DNA of 64,000 nt, taken from Bacillus subtilis subsp. subtilis str. 168 (GTDB lineage Bacteria > Bacillota > Bacilli > Bacillales > Bacillaceae). This document shows, piece after piece, positions 1 through 8,914 of this stretch. How positions within the stretch are numbered: the first letter of the stretch is position 1; each line of letters starts with the position of its first letter. Location of the stretch: NCBI RefSeq assembly GCF_000009045.1, contig NC_000964.3:2728001-2792000 (forward strand). Reading direction: 5' to 3'. Both the position numbers and the translations under genes were made by a program. The notes beneath the pieces were generated by a model, which made no database searches, was not told where the DNA came from, and saw nothing but the letters and a program-made list of their open reading frames with translations.

Positions 1-482
1 AATGTCAGCTTAATTGGCGTCAAAAATTTACCAACTATATCAATGATTTTTGAAGGATTGAGTGATAACAAGCATGCCAATGCGAAAAATAATATTGTAA
101 ATATGATCAATGAGACAGGGCTTGCATCATTTGATAAAAAAGGTTTTACCCCAATTTCAAACGATACGTTTCCTGATCTCGGGATAGCGAAAAAAGGCCC
201 GATTGCCAAATAGAGAATCGTCGTAAATACAATGCCAAACACCGGGTGAACACGGCTGGCTAACGACTGTAAGTTTTGTTTACCCGAAAAAACAAATGCT
301 GTTATAGCCAGTAATGGCAATCCAACTCCGGTCACTAAGAAACCTGCATTAGCGACCCATACATTTTTCCCGGCCAATTGACCAAGCATAGGCGGAAAAA
401 TGAGATTTCCTGCTCCAAAAAACAATGCAAATAGCATTAATCCTATAATGATGATATAGGAAGCAGACACTTTTTTTGACAT
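1..482 (-). CDS. brnQ: Branched-chain amino acid:cation symporter BrnQ (5' part; gene runs off the left edge)
   Basis: Manual translation from ATG at 482 (GGAGG SD at 489-493): MSKKVSASYIIIIGLMLFALFFGAGNLIFPP..., the LIVCS-family N-terminal motif; not in the ORF track because it is truncated. Confidence 0.95.
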   Translation of the reverse strand, partial: MSKKVSASYIIIIGLMLFALFFGAGNLIFPPMLGQLAGKNVWVANAGFLVTGVGLPLLAITAFVFSGKQNLQSLASRVHPVFGIVFTTILYLAIGPFFAIPRSGNVSFEIGVKPFLSNDASPVSLIIFTILFFALACLLSLNPSKIIDIVGKFLTPIKLT

Positions 483-646
483 TATATATCCTCCGATTAA
501 AGTAGACACTTCTTGAATAGCCAGGAAACATTACAGATGCTATTTGCACTGGCACAGTGTTGATTCCAAAATAAGCTTGTGTCAGTTTTATATATTTTTA
601 TCAAGTTAAATAAAAGCATGATCATTTTGATCGTTTCCGATATCGG

Positions 647-979
647 TTAAAAAACCAATTGCACCAAAACCATATAAACAACGGTTCCCCCCGCTATGGA
701 AAGAAGCATATTTTTCTTCCACAAGTGAAGCAGTACAACAGCAGCTGCTCCAACCAATTCAGGAATGCCATGACTTCCAGAAAGTAGACTCACATCTTTC
801 AAACAATAAATGACTAAAAGCCCGATTACCGCTGATGGCAGCACTTTACCAAGATACTGTACATATTTCGGTGTCGGTTTGCCAGACGGGAAAATCATGA
901 ATGGAAGGAACCGTGTCAGCATTGTTCCAAGCACGACCATTGCGATGGTGATCATTTGCTGCGTCATAGTCATCGTCAT
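647..979 (-). CDS. azlD: AzlD branched-chain amino acid exporter, small subunit
   Basis: 110-aa hydrophobic ORF with TRFLPF motif; start overlaps the azlC stop. Confidence 0.93.
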
Positions 980-1740
980 ACGGAAACCTCAGCTTTCTCC
1001 AATGGTTTTCTCAGAACAGTCAGTACCCCTAAAATGGCGAGCATAGCAGGAATAATAAATTGGTTTCCGCCAAAAAGGATAAGACTGGCTACTGAAAGTC
1101 CAAGTCCCGTGAGAGCACTGTAATGCTTTTTCTCTTTCATCCATTGTTCTATGAATATCACAATAAACAGAGCAGTCATCACAAAATCAAGCCCTTCGGT
1201 ATTAAACTTCACGTACGACCCAAAAATACCTCCTATCGCTGCCCCCGCGACCCAATATAAATGATTAAGCAGTGTCACAAAAAACATAAACCAGCCCTTA
1301 TCAACATTCGCCGGAACATTAGCGGTATAATTGATAGAAAATGATTCATCGCACATTCCGAAAATCAGATAAAGCTTTTTCTTTCCAGTCCCCCTGTACT
1401 TATCCAACATGGAAATTCCATAAAACAAATGCCGGGCATTGACCATTAACGTCAAAAAAAGAGCATTCATAGGGTTGAACGCACCAAGTAAAAAATTCGC
1501 TGCAACAAACTCCATTGAGCCCGCAAATATCATAAAACTCATGATGATTGGATAGATTGCGCTAAATCCCAAAGAATGCATAAAGATCCCATAAGCTATC
1601 CCCAAAAATAAAAACCCCGCAAAAATCGGAATGGTATATGGGAATGCAGAACGAAATGCAGCCCATATTTGACTTCTCTTATTCATATGAGTGTTTATAG
1701 CAGGAGAGCTTAAATGTAACGATTCTTTATTTTTATTCAA
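976..1740 (-). CDS. azlC: AzlC branched-chain amino acid exporter, permease subunit
   Basis: Motifs [16 protein letters not shown] and CDESF; multiple TM segments. Confidence 0.95.
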
Positions 1741-1752
1741 ATCAACAACCTC

Positions 1753-2226
1753 CTACATTTCATCAATTGGCACACTGACAGTTCTTTTTTCTGTACTCAT
1801 GACTATGCTTGTGTCAACTCCACTAATAGCAGGGTTCTGCATTAATGAATCAATGATAAAATTCCGATAACTCTCCATGTCCTTCGCCACAATCTTAAGC
1901 ATATAGTCATGGCTTCCTGTAAGTGTGTAGCATTCTTGAACCTGTGGGAATTTGTTTATATCCTCTAAAAATGAATGAATTGTCTCCCTATTTAAGGGTG
2001 ATAAGTTGATGAGAGCTAGTGCTGTGACTTCGATTCCAAGTTTTTTCTCATCAACAATAGTCGTAAACTTTTTAATTATACCTGCTTCTACTAGGTTCTT
2101 TGTTCTTGCAAGGCAAGCTGATGGTGAAAGCCCAATTTTCTTAGATAAATTTAAATTTGATATTGAAGCATCTTCCTGCAAATCTCTTAAGATGGCCTTA
2201 TCAGTTTCGTCAAGCATAATACCCAT
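1753..2226 (-). CDS. azlB: Lrp/AsnC-family repressor AzlB
   Basis: LDETDKAILRDLQEDASISNLNLSKKIGLSPS HTH plus AsnC C-terminal domain (TGSHDY). Confidence 0.95.
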   Translation of the reverse strand: MGIMLDETDKAILRDLQEDASISNLNLSKKIGLSPSACLARTKNLVEAGIIKKFTTIVDEKKLGIEVTALALINLSPLNRETIHSFLEDINKFPQVQECYTLTGSHDYMLKIVAKDMESYRNFIIDSLMQNPAISGVDTSIVMSTEKRTVSVPIDEM

Positions 2227-2279
2227 TTCACAACCCCCAATACAACTTAACAGAATTATATTTCATACAATTTAAATAA

Positions 2280-2299
2280 TAACGAATTTTTATTCGTTA
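2280..2299. promoter_or_regulatory. Perfect 8-bp inverted repeat TAACGAAT-N4-ATTCGTTA; candidate Lrp-type (AzlB) operator
   Basis: Seen directly upstream of azlB; GAAT(W)nATTC core resembles Lrp-family sites; similar half-sites near 2251 and 2342. Confidence 0.4.
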
Positions 2300-2559
2300 A
2301 TCAAATATTATTTAAATTTAAATCCTTTTAAAGTATTATTCACAGAATAAAATTATCCTCGCGATTAACTCATAATGAAATTAACTTACATCAGAAAGAA
2401 GTCATGGGAGAGTTATGTACTTGTGTGACTTGATACCAACATCATAAGAAACTTATCAGAAGCCAAAAAGTTATTGCGGTCTCACCGAAAATTGAATTTG
2501 CGGTGCCCTATTGCCTTTTTCCGCGAACGAAAATTGTTAAAATTCGCAAAACAGAAAGT

Positions 2560-2835
2560 CTACTCTATTATTATTTTAAATTCGTCCTTTAGTTCTTCTT
2601 GAGCCTCTTGTATAACTTCTAATACATCGTCAGCGTATGAACCTAAAAATGTATTGCTGAACTCAAAATTTTTCAAGACTAAAGTGAGCGGCAAATCCAC
2701 CCACCCTGTCAGGCAATCCCATAAAGCGTCTAAATTTCTCCCATAGTAGTCTGGGAAGTCTAGTTTATCTTTTAAATCATCATGTAAAACTTCTATATTT
2801 TCAAAGTCTCTTCCATCTATTATTATTTTTCTCAT
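2560..2835 (-). CDS. yrdF: Barstar-family ribonuclease inhibitor
   Basis: Barstar signature YYGRNLDALWDCLTG; 91 aa, acidic C-terminus. Confidence 0.92.
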   Translation of the reverse strand: MRKIIIDGRDFENIEVLHDDLKDKLDFPDYYGRNLDALWDCLTGWVDLPLTLVLKNFEFSNTFLGSYADDVLEVIQEAQEELKDEFKIIIE

Positions 2836-2853
2836 TAGAAACTATGCCCTCCA

Positions 2854-2919
2854 TTATTTTATCTTAACAAACGTTTACTATGTAACAGCTGTTTGTCCAA
2901 ATGAGGCTGAAAACAAATA
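2854..2919 (-). pseudogene. Possible decayed 3' end of a barnase-like RNase gene
   Basis: Minus strand reads ...TAA-T-F-V-K-I-K-stop just before the yrdF SD, like the barnase C-terminus (DHYQTFTKIR); upstream codons give LFS...LIW..T across shifts. Confidence 0.4.
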
Positions 2920-2952
2920 AAAAACACCGATAGGATGAAACTATTGGTGTTT
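2919..2952 (-). terminator. Intrinsic terminator downstream of cypA
   Basis: AAACACCGATAG...CTATTGGTGTTT stem with a U-run on the minus strand. Confidence 0.6.
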
Positions 2953-3106
2953 GCAAGACATCTTCATACCCGGTAGGCATAAATAATGCTAAACTTTGTT
3001 TTTAAAAAGCTATCATATCAAATTTTTATGTTACAGCTTTTACTATCGTTTAATCTAATTGAGGAGTAAAACAAGATATGTTTGAAAATCACATATCCCC
3101 TAAAAA

Positions 3107-4339
3107 TTAAAAACTAATCGGCAGTTCTTCGAGTGCTCTCATCAGAAAATTCCCTTTCCATTTCATTTGTTTCTTTTCGCCTTTTAACTGTATATTTGGA
3201 CAGCGGCGTAATAAGGTGGAAATCGCAATCTTTGCTTCTAAGCGGGCTAGCTGTGCACCAAGACAAAAATGATTGCCATGGCCAAAAGCAATATGGCGGT
3301 TGTTCTTTCTTTCAATATCAAATATGTCGGCATTTGGAAATATCTTTTCATCACGGTTTGCTGATGCTAAAGAAATGATGATCACATCTTTCCGTTTAAT
3401 CTCCTGCCCATGCAGTATAAACGGTTCAGCCGTCCAGCGAATTGTCGTTAGCTCAACAGGGCTGTGAAACCGCAATGCTTCTTCTATGGCTGAATTCATC
3501 AAGTCCGGCTGCTGGCGGAGCTTTTCTAGTTGATCATGGTGACACATCAGAGCATATGTCATATTGGTGATTAAGTTTACGGTTGTTTCATGACCTGCAA
3601 CGATAAGCAGCATAATCATCGAGTACAATTCTTCTGTACTTAATTGTGTGCCTTCACTTTCCGCTTGAATTAATGCACTGATTAAATCTCCTGCAGGTTC
3701 TCTCCTTTTTTTGCGAACTAAGGATTCCAGATATTCAACAAACTCCCCTAACAAGTGGTCATTCTCCTGAAGTCTTTCAGGGGCATCTGAAAAATCAATA
3801 ATTGCTTGCGACCATACTCTGAATTTTTGACGATCTTCCAAGGGAATGCCGAGCATTTCACTTATCACGATAATCGGCAATGGAAACGCATAATCGTCTA
3901 CTAGGTTCATGAATTTGTTGGGCTGCACTTTATCCAATAAAGAATCTGCGATATGCTGGATTTTGTCTTCCAACTGCAAAATCATCCGATGCGTAAATGC
4001 TTTTTGAACAAGAGTTCGCAAGCGGTTGTGATCAGGGGGATCTGAATTAAGCATATGTTTTGTTAAAGTCTCTTCATTCTTCAATAGAGCAGGACGTTTT
4101 TCTTTTGCGGTAAATACATTTTCATAGTTTTTCTTTAATTTTTCATTCTTTAATAAATGTATTGCATCATCATATCTCGATATGAGCCAGCCTTTCCCCA
4201 GAGCTCCTAAAGATAATGGGTAGAGAGCCTGTGATTTTCGCAATTCTTTATAAAATTCATACGCTTCATCTTTAAATGCTCTCGAAGACAATTGACTTTC
4301 CGTCAAAATGGTTACACTCTTTTTTTCTTTTGAAGACAT
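3107..4339 (-). CDS. cypA: Cytochrome P450 (CYP107-like)
   Basis: AGHETT I-helix, EALR (ExxR), heme motif FGHGNHFCLG. Confidence 0.95.
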   Translation of the reverse strand: MSSKEKKSVTILTESQLSSRAFKDEAYEFYKELRKSQALYPLSLGALGKGWLISRYDDAIHLLKNEKLKKNYENVFTAKEKRPALLKNEETLTKHMLNSDPPDHNRLRTLVQKAFTHRMILQLEDKIQHIADSLLDKVQPNKFMNLVDDYAFPLPIIVISEMLGIPLEDRQKFRVWSQAIIDFSDAPERLQENDHLLGEFVEYLESLVRKKRREPAGDLISALIQAESEGTQLSTEELYSMIMLLIVAGHETTVNLITNMTYALMCHHDQLEKLRQQPDLMNSAIEEALRFHSPVELTTIRWTAEPFILHGQEIKRKDVIIISLASANRDEKIFPNADIFDIERKNNRHIAFGHGNHFCLGAQLARLEAKIAISTLLRRCPNIQLKGEKKQMKWKGNFLMRALEELPISF

Positions 4340-4881
4340 TCATTCGACCTCCATCTTTGAAAGGTTATGATAATCTTTAAATATAAAATCAGGACGATTT
4401 GTAAAATGATCCATTGAGATCAGTATTCATGATAAGGGCCAAAATGCCGTCCCCGCATTTTGAAATAAAAGATATGAGACAGTCATTAATCATTTTGCTG
4501 CCTAAACTCTTTCCCTGATAAAATGGCGAAACTCCTAATACTTCTATGCCGGCTCTTTTAAGGATTTGGAAAATTTTTTAGCCCCATTTTGATTAATGTT
4601 ATCCCCCCTGCTGCTATATAATCGATCAAGTTTAATGTCGGGTTTATCACGATGTTTTAATAGAGCGGCAACAACCATTTCACCATTCTGAATGCCAACA
4701 AAAAAGAAATGCTTTTTAAAATATGCTCTTGTCAGTACTTTATGCATTTCAAAAATAAATGAATGATCTTTTTTTCGCGTTTTACGAGTAAATCCATAAA
4801 AGGATATTGATTGAAAGATTGATGGAATAGCTTTGCCACTTTGCTTACTTCATCTGCTCTTGCTTGTCGATAAAGAAACAT
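4340..4881 (-). pseudogene. yrdD: Multiply frameshifted GNAT acetyltransferase
   Basis: SD GGAGGTG with ATG at 4881 (MFLYRQARADEV...); shift at the A7 run 4769-4775; later frame gives IEVLGVSPFYQGKSLGSKMI...NTDLNGSFYK (GNAT motif A/B). Confidence 0.7.
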
Positions 4882-4924
4882 TGATGCACCTCCTCTGAGC
4901 AGTAAAGCAGGAAATCGAATTAAA

Positions 4925-4948
4925 GCGCCCTTCCTATTGGAAAGGCGC
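4925..4948 (-). terminator. Hairpin terminator after yrdC
   Basis: GCGCCTTTCC-AATA-GGAAGGGCGC followed by TTTAATT on the minus strand. Confidence 0.55.
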
Positions 4949-4979
4949 CTGCCGTTTTACTGTGCCAAAATGTTTTTCA

Positions 4980-5543
4980 TCAGTGAGTTTTTATAAAATC
5001 ATTTATTAATTGATCAGTTGTCAATATTGTGGCAAATTCATCATGCAATGTAGCTAGAGATATATTATGAATAGTCGCCGCATCATAATATGTATCATTT
5101 TGGTCTCTCATTCCGAAGGCTGCTGTTGCATCTGAAATCAGGTATGTATCAAACCCTAAATTACCACTCATTCTTGTGGTGGTTGATACACAGTGAGGCG
5201 TGGTTAAACCAGTTATGACTACAGTGGTTATTTCATTTAATTTTAAGAATTCTTCTAAATTCGTACCAATAAAGCTGCTATTTACTGTCTTGGTTATAAT
5301 GACTTCTTCATCCATAGGCTTAACTATTTCCTTTATTGCAAACCCTTCATTCTTTGGATGGAATAAAGAATGAGGTTTATCAGAAGTGTGTTGTATGTAT
5401 ATGACTGTCCATCCTTTTTCTCTCCATAATTCTAGTATTTTACTAATGTTTTCTTCCGCCTTTACGTTATTCCGTTCCCCCCATTTTTTATCATCGAAGG
5501 CTTTTTGTACATCCACAATGATTAAAGCTTTCTTTTCTTCCAC
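4980..5543 (-). CDS. yrdC: Isochorismatase-family cysteine hydrolase
   Basis: ALIIVDVQ, K..NSSF and GLTTPHCV catalytic motifs. Confidence 0.9.
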   Translation of the reverse strand: MEEKKALIIVDVQKAFDDKKWGERNNVKAEENISKILELWREKGWTVIYIQHTSDKPHSLFHPKNEGFAIKEIVKPMDEEVIITKTVNSSFIGTNLEEFLKLNEITTVVITGLTTPHCVSTTTRMSGNLGFDTYLISDATAAFGMRDQNDTYYDAATIHNISLATLHDEFATILTTDQLINDFIKTH

Positions 5544-5771
5544 AAGATACCCTCCTACGTAGAATTTCTATTTATTACTACATTCTAAATACAAATTTTA
5601 CTTTTGTACAATTGTTTAATGATGAATTTCAAATGAGCGCCTTCTTTATTGGAAAATGCGTTCTATACTGCAACTGTGCCCAAGCCGTTAACCTTCAAAT
5701 CTAATCTGAGAATCACTGGCTCTACAGAGAATAATAAAAAACACTCTAATAACGAGTGCTGAAATGAAAAA

Positions 5772-6161
5772 CTATTGATTTAGAAGCCATTTGATACGCT
5801 CAGCTGAAATGATGTAGTGGAGTATTATAAGACATAAAAAGACAATACTAACTGGTTTTAAATAACTAAAATAAAGCGCTGCAACAGCCATTGCAAAGAT
5901 CAATAATTCAATAACTAACCTTGTTACTCCGTTTACAGCTATTACAGTTTGTCCGCTTCGACTAGGATCATGAGGTACTGCAAATACAGACCAGACAATC
6001 ATAACTGCAATAGGTAAAACCAAAGTTAAAACATATTTAAAATAACCATTAAAGCTTATCCAAGCATACACCCCTAAGGAGATTAGTGCAGCAATTTCAA
6101 GGGTGAATCTTAAAAGTAAATTAGTCTGATTCAGTTTTTCCAACTCCTCTATAAAAAACAC
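5772..6161 (-). CDS. yrdB: YrdB-family small membrane protein (start uncertain)
   Basis: NLLLRFTLE...WSVFAVP..D...RLVIELLIF pattern; 3-4 TM segments. Confidence 0.8.
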   Translation of the reverse strand: MFFIEELEKLNQTNLLLRFTLEIAALISLGVYAWISFNGYFKYVLTLVLPIAVMIVWSVFAVPHDPSRSGQTVIAVNGVTRLVIELLIFAMAVAALYFSYLKPVSIVFLCLIILHYIISAERIKWLLNQ

Positions 6162-6188
6162 CCCCGCAGGAGATGCTCTTTCTCTGCT

Positions 6189-6343
6189 TTATTTCAGCGT
6201 ATAAAAACTTTTCTGTTCTTCCTCTTTAGATTCTATTGTAGTTTTCGGCGAGATTACCTCTACTTTTGAAGAGATGATACCGACTGCTGCTGTTACCAAT
6301 GCTCCGATAATAGAACGATGATAAGTATAATGAAATATGACAA
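6189..6343 (-). pseudogene. Frameshifted ~51-aa single-TM mini-protein
   Basis: SD GGAGGGG with TTG; MSYFIILIIVLLS then, after a 1-nt shift, GALVTAAVGIISSKVEVISPKTTIESKEEEQKSFYTLK*; span is 155 nt, one short of a whole-codon ORF. Confidence 0.45.
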
Positions 6344-6398
6344 CTTTTCCCCTCCTATTCAGTTAATTATCCAAATAATCAGGAAGTTGTCTACAATT

Positions 6399-6414
6399 TG
6401 CAGAATTTGTCGAA
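6399..6414 (+). promoter_or_regulatory. Tandem Spo0A-box-like sites (TGCAGAA, TGTCGAA)
   Basis: TGTCGAA at 6408-6414 matches TGNCGAA; an imperfect copy lies 9 bp upstream. Confidence 0.35.
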
Positions 6415-6560
6415 CGAAGTAAAGATTATACCTGGGAGGCTTTACTCATTGTATGAATTACAGTAAATAAATTGCCTTCCCTTTTGAGAAGACGTTCCAA
6501 CTCAGCTAGACTCTTCCAATAGGCTTCCTTTTGGCGCAGCTGCTTTTATTCAAAAATTGA

Positions 6561-6725
6561 GCAACACCTGAATGTTTCATTGGAATTTCTGAACCATCGA
6601 TCGCTGCTGAATTTGTTGCAAATGCATACGTAGGAGTAGTCGAATGGTGGTTGAAAAATGAAATGCCTTCCCCACCTCGAGTGATGGCAGAAAAAGCGGG
6701 GGTTTTGTTAGAGAGGAATCTATAG
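6561..6725 (+). pseudogene. C-terminal remnant of a TetR-family regulator
   Basis: Open stretch ...SIAAEFVANAYVGVVEWWLKNEMPSPPRVMAEKAGVLLERNL*; no start codon or HTH; WW...M..P..MA pattern typical of Firmicute TetR C-termini. Confidence 0.6.
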
Positions 6726-6952
6726 ATATGTGTATCGAAGATTTGACAGCATTAAAAATTATACTTACATCGTTGGGAACAGGCCAACAATAAAGCGGAA
6801 GAACGTTGTCATTTGAAGTGGTTTGGAATAAAAATGATTCGAATATGTTCTTATCATTGTAAACGAACAAAAAAAGAACATGTTTTGAAAAAAGATTGAT
6901 CAAAACATCTTCTTATATGTTGTCATAGCGTAACTTTTTATAAAAAGGTTAA

Positions 6953-7456
6953 TTACATTTTCGGGGCTTCCAAACCAAATTTTGCCCATTCTTCTTTTGC
7001 TGGACCATAAATACCTGGAACAGTTAAACCTGCTTGTCTCATAAGAACAGTCATTTGTCCCCGATGGTGGTTTTGATGTTGAATTAAAAACATCAAAAGT
7101 GAACCGTTAGGCATTTGTTGTCCAATAAAGTTGATACGTTCTTGAAGTGTATGGTCAGTCCATTGGGTTTTTAATGCCTGTACAAATGCATTACTGGCTT
7201 GATGATAGCTGTCAGCTATAAACTGAGCAGAAGTTGGAACAGGATAATCTTCAGCTGGGGCTTGGAACGTTAAGTCTGTGTTTGAGGTAATGATGCCAAT
7301 GGCAGCAACAGTATGCCAAGCAATACGGCCTAGAGTCCAATTTTGTGAAGTTATTTCTTGTTTAAGTGATTCATCAGTCAGACTATTTAATAGTTTCTGT
7401 GTAGCATCTGCTTCGAACTCCCAAGATTTCAAAAAATGGTCTAAGGTTTGAAACAC
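6953..7456 (-). CDS. yrdA: DinB/YfiT-family protein (putative bacillithiol S-transferase superfamily)
   Basis: GTG at 7456 with GGAGG SD; WH...HQNHHRGQM metal-binding motif. Confidence 0.9.
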   Translation of the reverse strand: MFQTLDHFLKSWEFEADATQKLLNSLTDESLKQEITSQNWTLGRIAWHTVAAIGIITSNTDLTFQAPAEDYPVPTSAQFIADSYHQASNAFVQALKTQWTDHTLQERINFIGQQMPNGSLLMFLIQHQNHHRGQMTVLMRQAGLTVPGIYGPAKEEWAKFGLEAPKM

Positions 7457-7681
7457 AAAAATCCTCCTTTTCATTCTTTTGTTTTTTCAATGTGCTTATA
7501 GGTTAATTATAATGCCTCCTTTCGTTAAAAAGAACAAAAATTTCGGACAAGAATAATCATAGTAAAATGCGTAGACATTCTTAAACGTAACGATTTACGC
7601 ATCTTTTTACAAACATCTGACTACTTGGTCTCCATTGTCAGCGAGAATCAAATATCATATGAAGACAATCCTATATTCTTA

Positions 7682-8536
7682 TCACTTTACTGAGCAATAA
7701 ATACCTTCCGTATACTTAGTAATACCTTCATCGTAATCAGGATACTTATATGCAAGACCTTCTGATACAGCTTTTGAATACTTTCTAAATAATGCATAGC
7801 AAGTAAATAAAGACTTCCACATTTCCTGATACCCATTCACAGAATATGTAGACATGAGTTCCTCCCATTCTTTATTTGAAAGGTACCGCTTCATAAATTT
7901 ATAGTTCTTCCCCATACTAAATGAATACCCTTTCTGAGATGCGATATGCCAGGCCATCATTCTCAATAAATTAGGACGTACAATTTCATTTAAATGGTCA
8001 ATGGCAAAAAGGATTTCATTTCTTGCTAGTCCTTTTACTACGTAAGTCGAAACCATCCAGAACTCATTACAGCAATCATCAAATTCCCTTGCAGTCGGCC
8101 TTTTTATCCAGTATTGGCGATCATTTGGGGTCACTTTATAGTTGATGAACGAATCCTTATCAAGCAATACCTTAACCAAACCATCGTTATTAGCAAAATA
8201 ATCTTCTGCTTCACGAATTGGAATAAGGGTTAGATCTAATTTGTTGCCATCCTCAAAAAGAATAATGTATGAAAACCAATTACCTAATTCGGGAGGAAAA
8301 AGCTCCATATCTTCTGGTTTTTGCATCATAATGCGCTTCCCAAAGATTTCGAGCCACTGATCATTTTCTTTAAAAGATTCTACATCAGTTACAAAATACG
8401 AGATGTCATAATCTTGGAAGTTGTCAGGAGGGATATTTCTGTTTGTACGTGACCCTTCCAAAGTGACCAATCGGATTCTCTCATCGTTCAAAGCAAAGTC
8501 CAAAAAAATGTCCATCATTTCCTGCTCACTTCGCAT
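7682..8536 (-). CDS. aadK: Aminoglycoside 6-adenylyltransferase (streptomycin resistance)
   Basis: LEGSR...DNFQDYDISY nucleotidyltransferase motif; ANT(6) family. Confidence 0.96.
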   Translation of the reverse strand: MRSEQEMMDIFLDFALNDERIRLVTLEGSRTNRNIPPDNFQDYDISYFVTDVESFKENDQWLEIFGKRIMMQKPEDMELFPPELGNWFSYIILFEDGNKLDLTLIPIREAEDYFANNDGLVKVLLDKDSFINYKVTPNDRQYWIKRPTAREFDDCCNEFWMVSTYVVKGLARNEILFAIDHLNEIVRPNLLRMMAWHIASQKGYSFSMGKNYKFMKRYLSNKEWEELMSTYSVNGYQEMWKSLFTCYALFRKYSKAVSEGLAYKYPDYDEGITKYTEGIYCSVK

Positions 8537-8914
8537 TACATGTTCCTCCGTTTCAGCCTTAATATCTAACTGTAAAACGTCTTATAGATTTTTTTACTCT
8601 TGAATGTGATGTATTCTTCTAAGCTTTATTTTACATGATGTTCTCCTATATATCATTCAATATTAAGATGCAAGACATCTCAAAATCAGATATCAACTAT
8701 GACGGACTACATGAATATTCAGTTTTTTGTAGAGCCGCCATGGGACGACACTATCTTTGACACACTTTAATCCCCCCTGCTTTATCGACATGTTAACTGG
8801 TATGAGAGATTGACAAAAAGAAGGAAAACGATATATTTAAGCGAATACGAGTTTTTGAGTAAATTTTAAAATGACACTTTTTTCAAAAATCATGTCTTAA
8901 CGGGAGGATTCGGT

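Noticed and set aside
6742-6764. TTGACA...TATACT apparent promoter
   Set aside because: The spacer is only 11 bp
6577-6903. 108-aa minus-strand ORF
   Set aside because: No SD or family motif; partly the antisense shadow of the TetR relic
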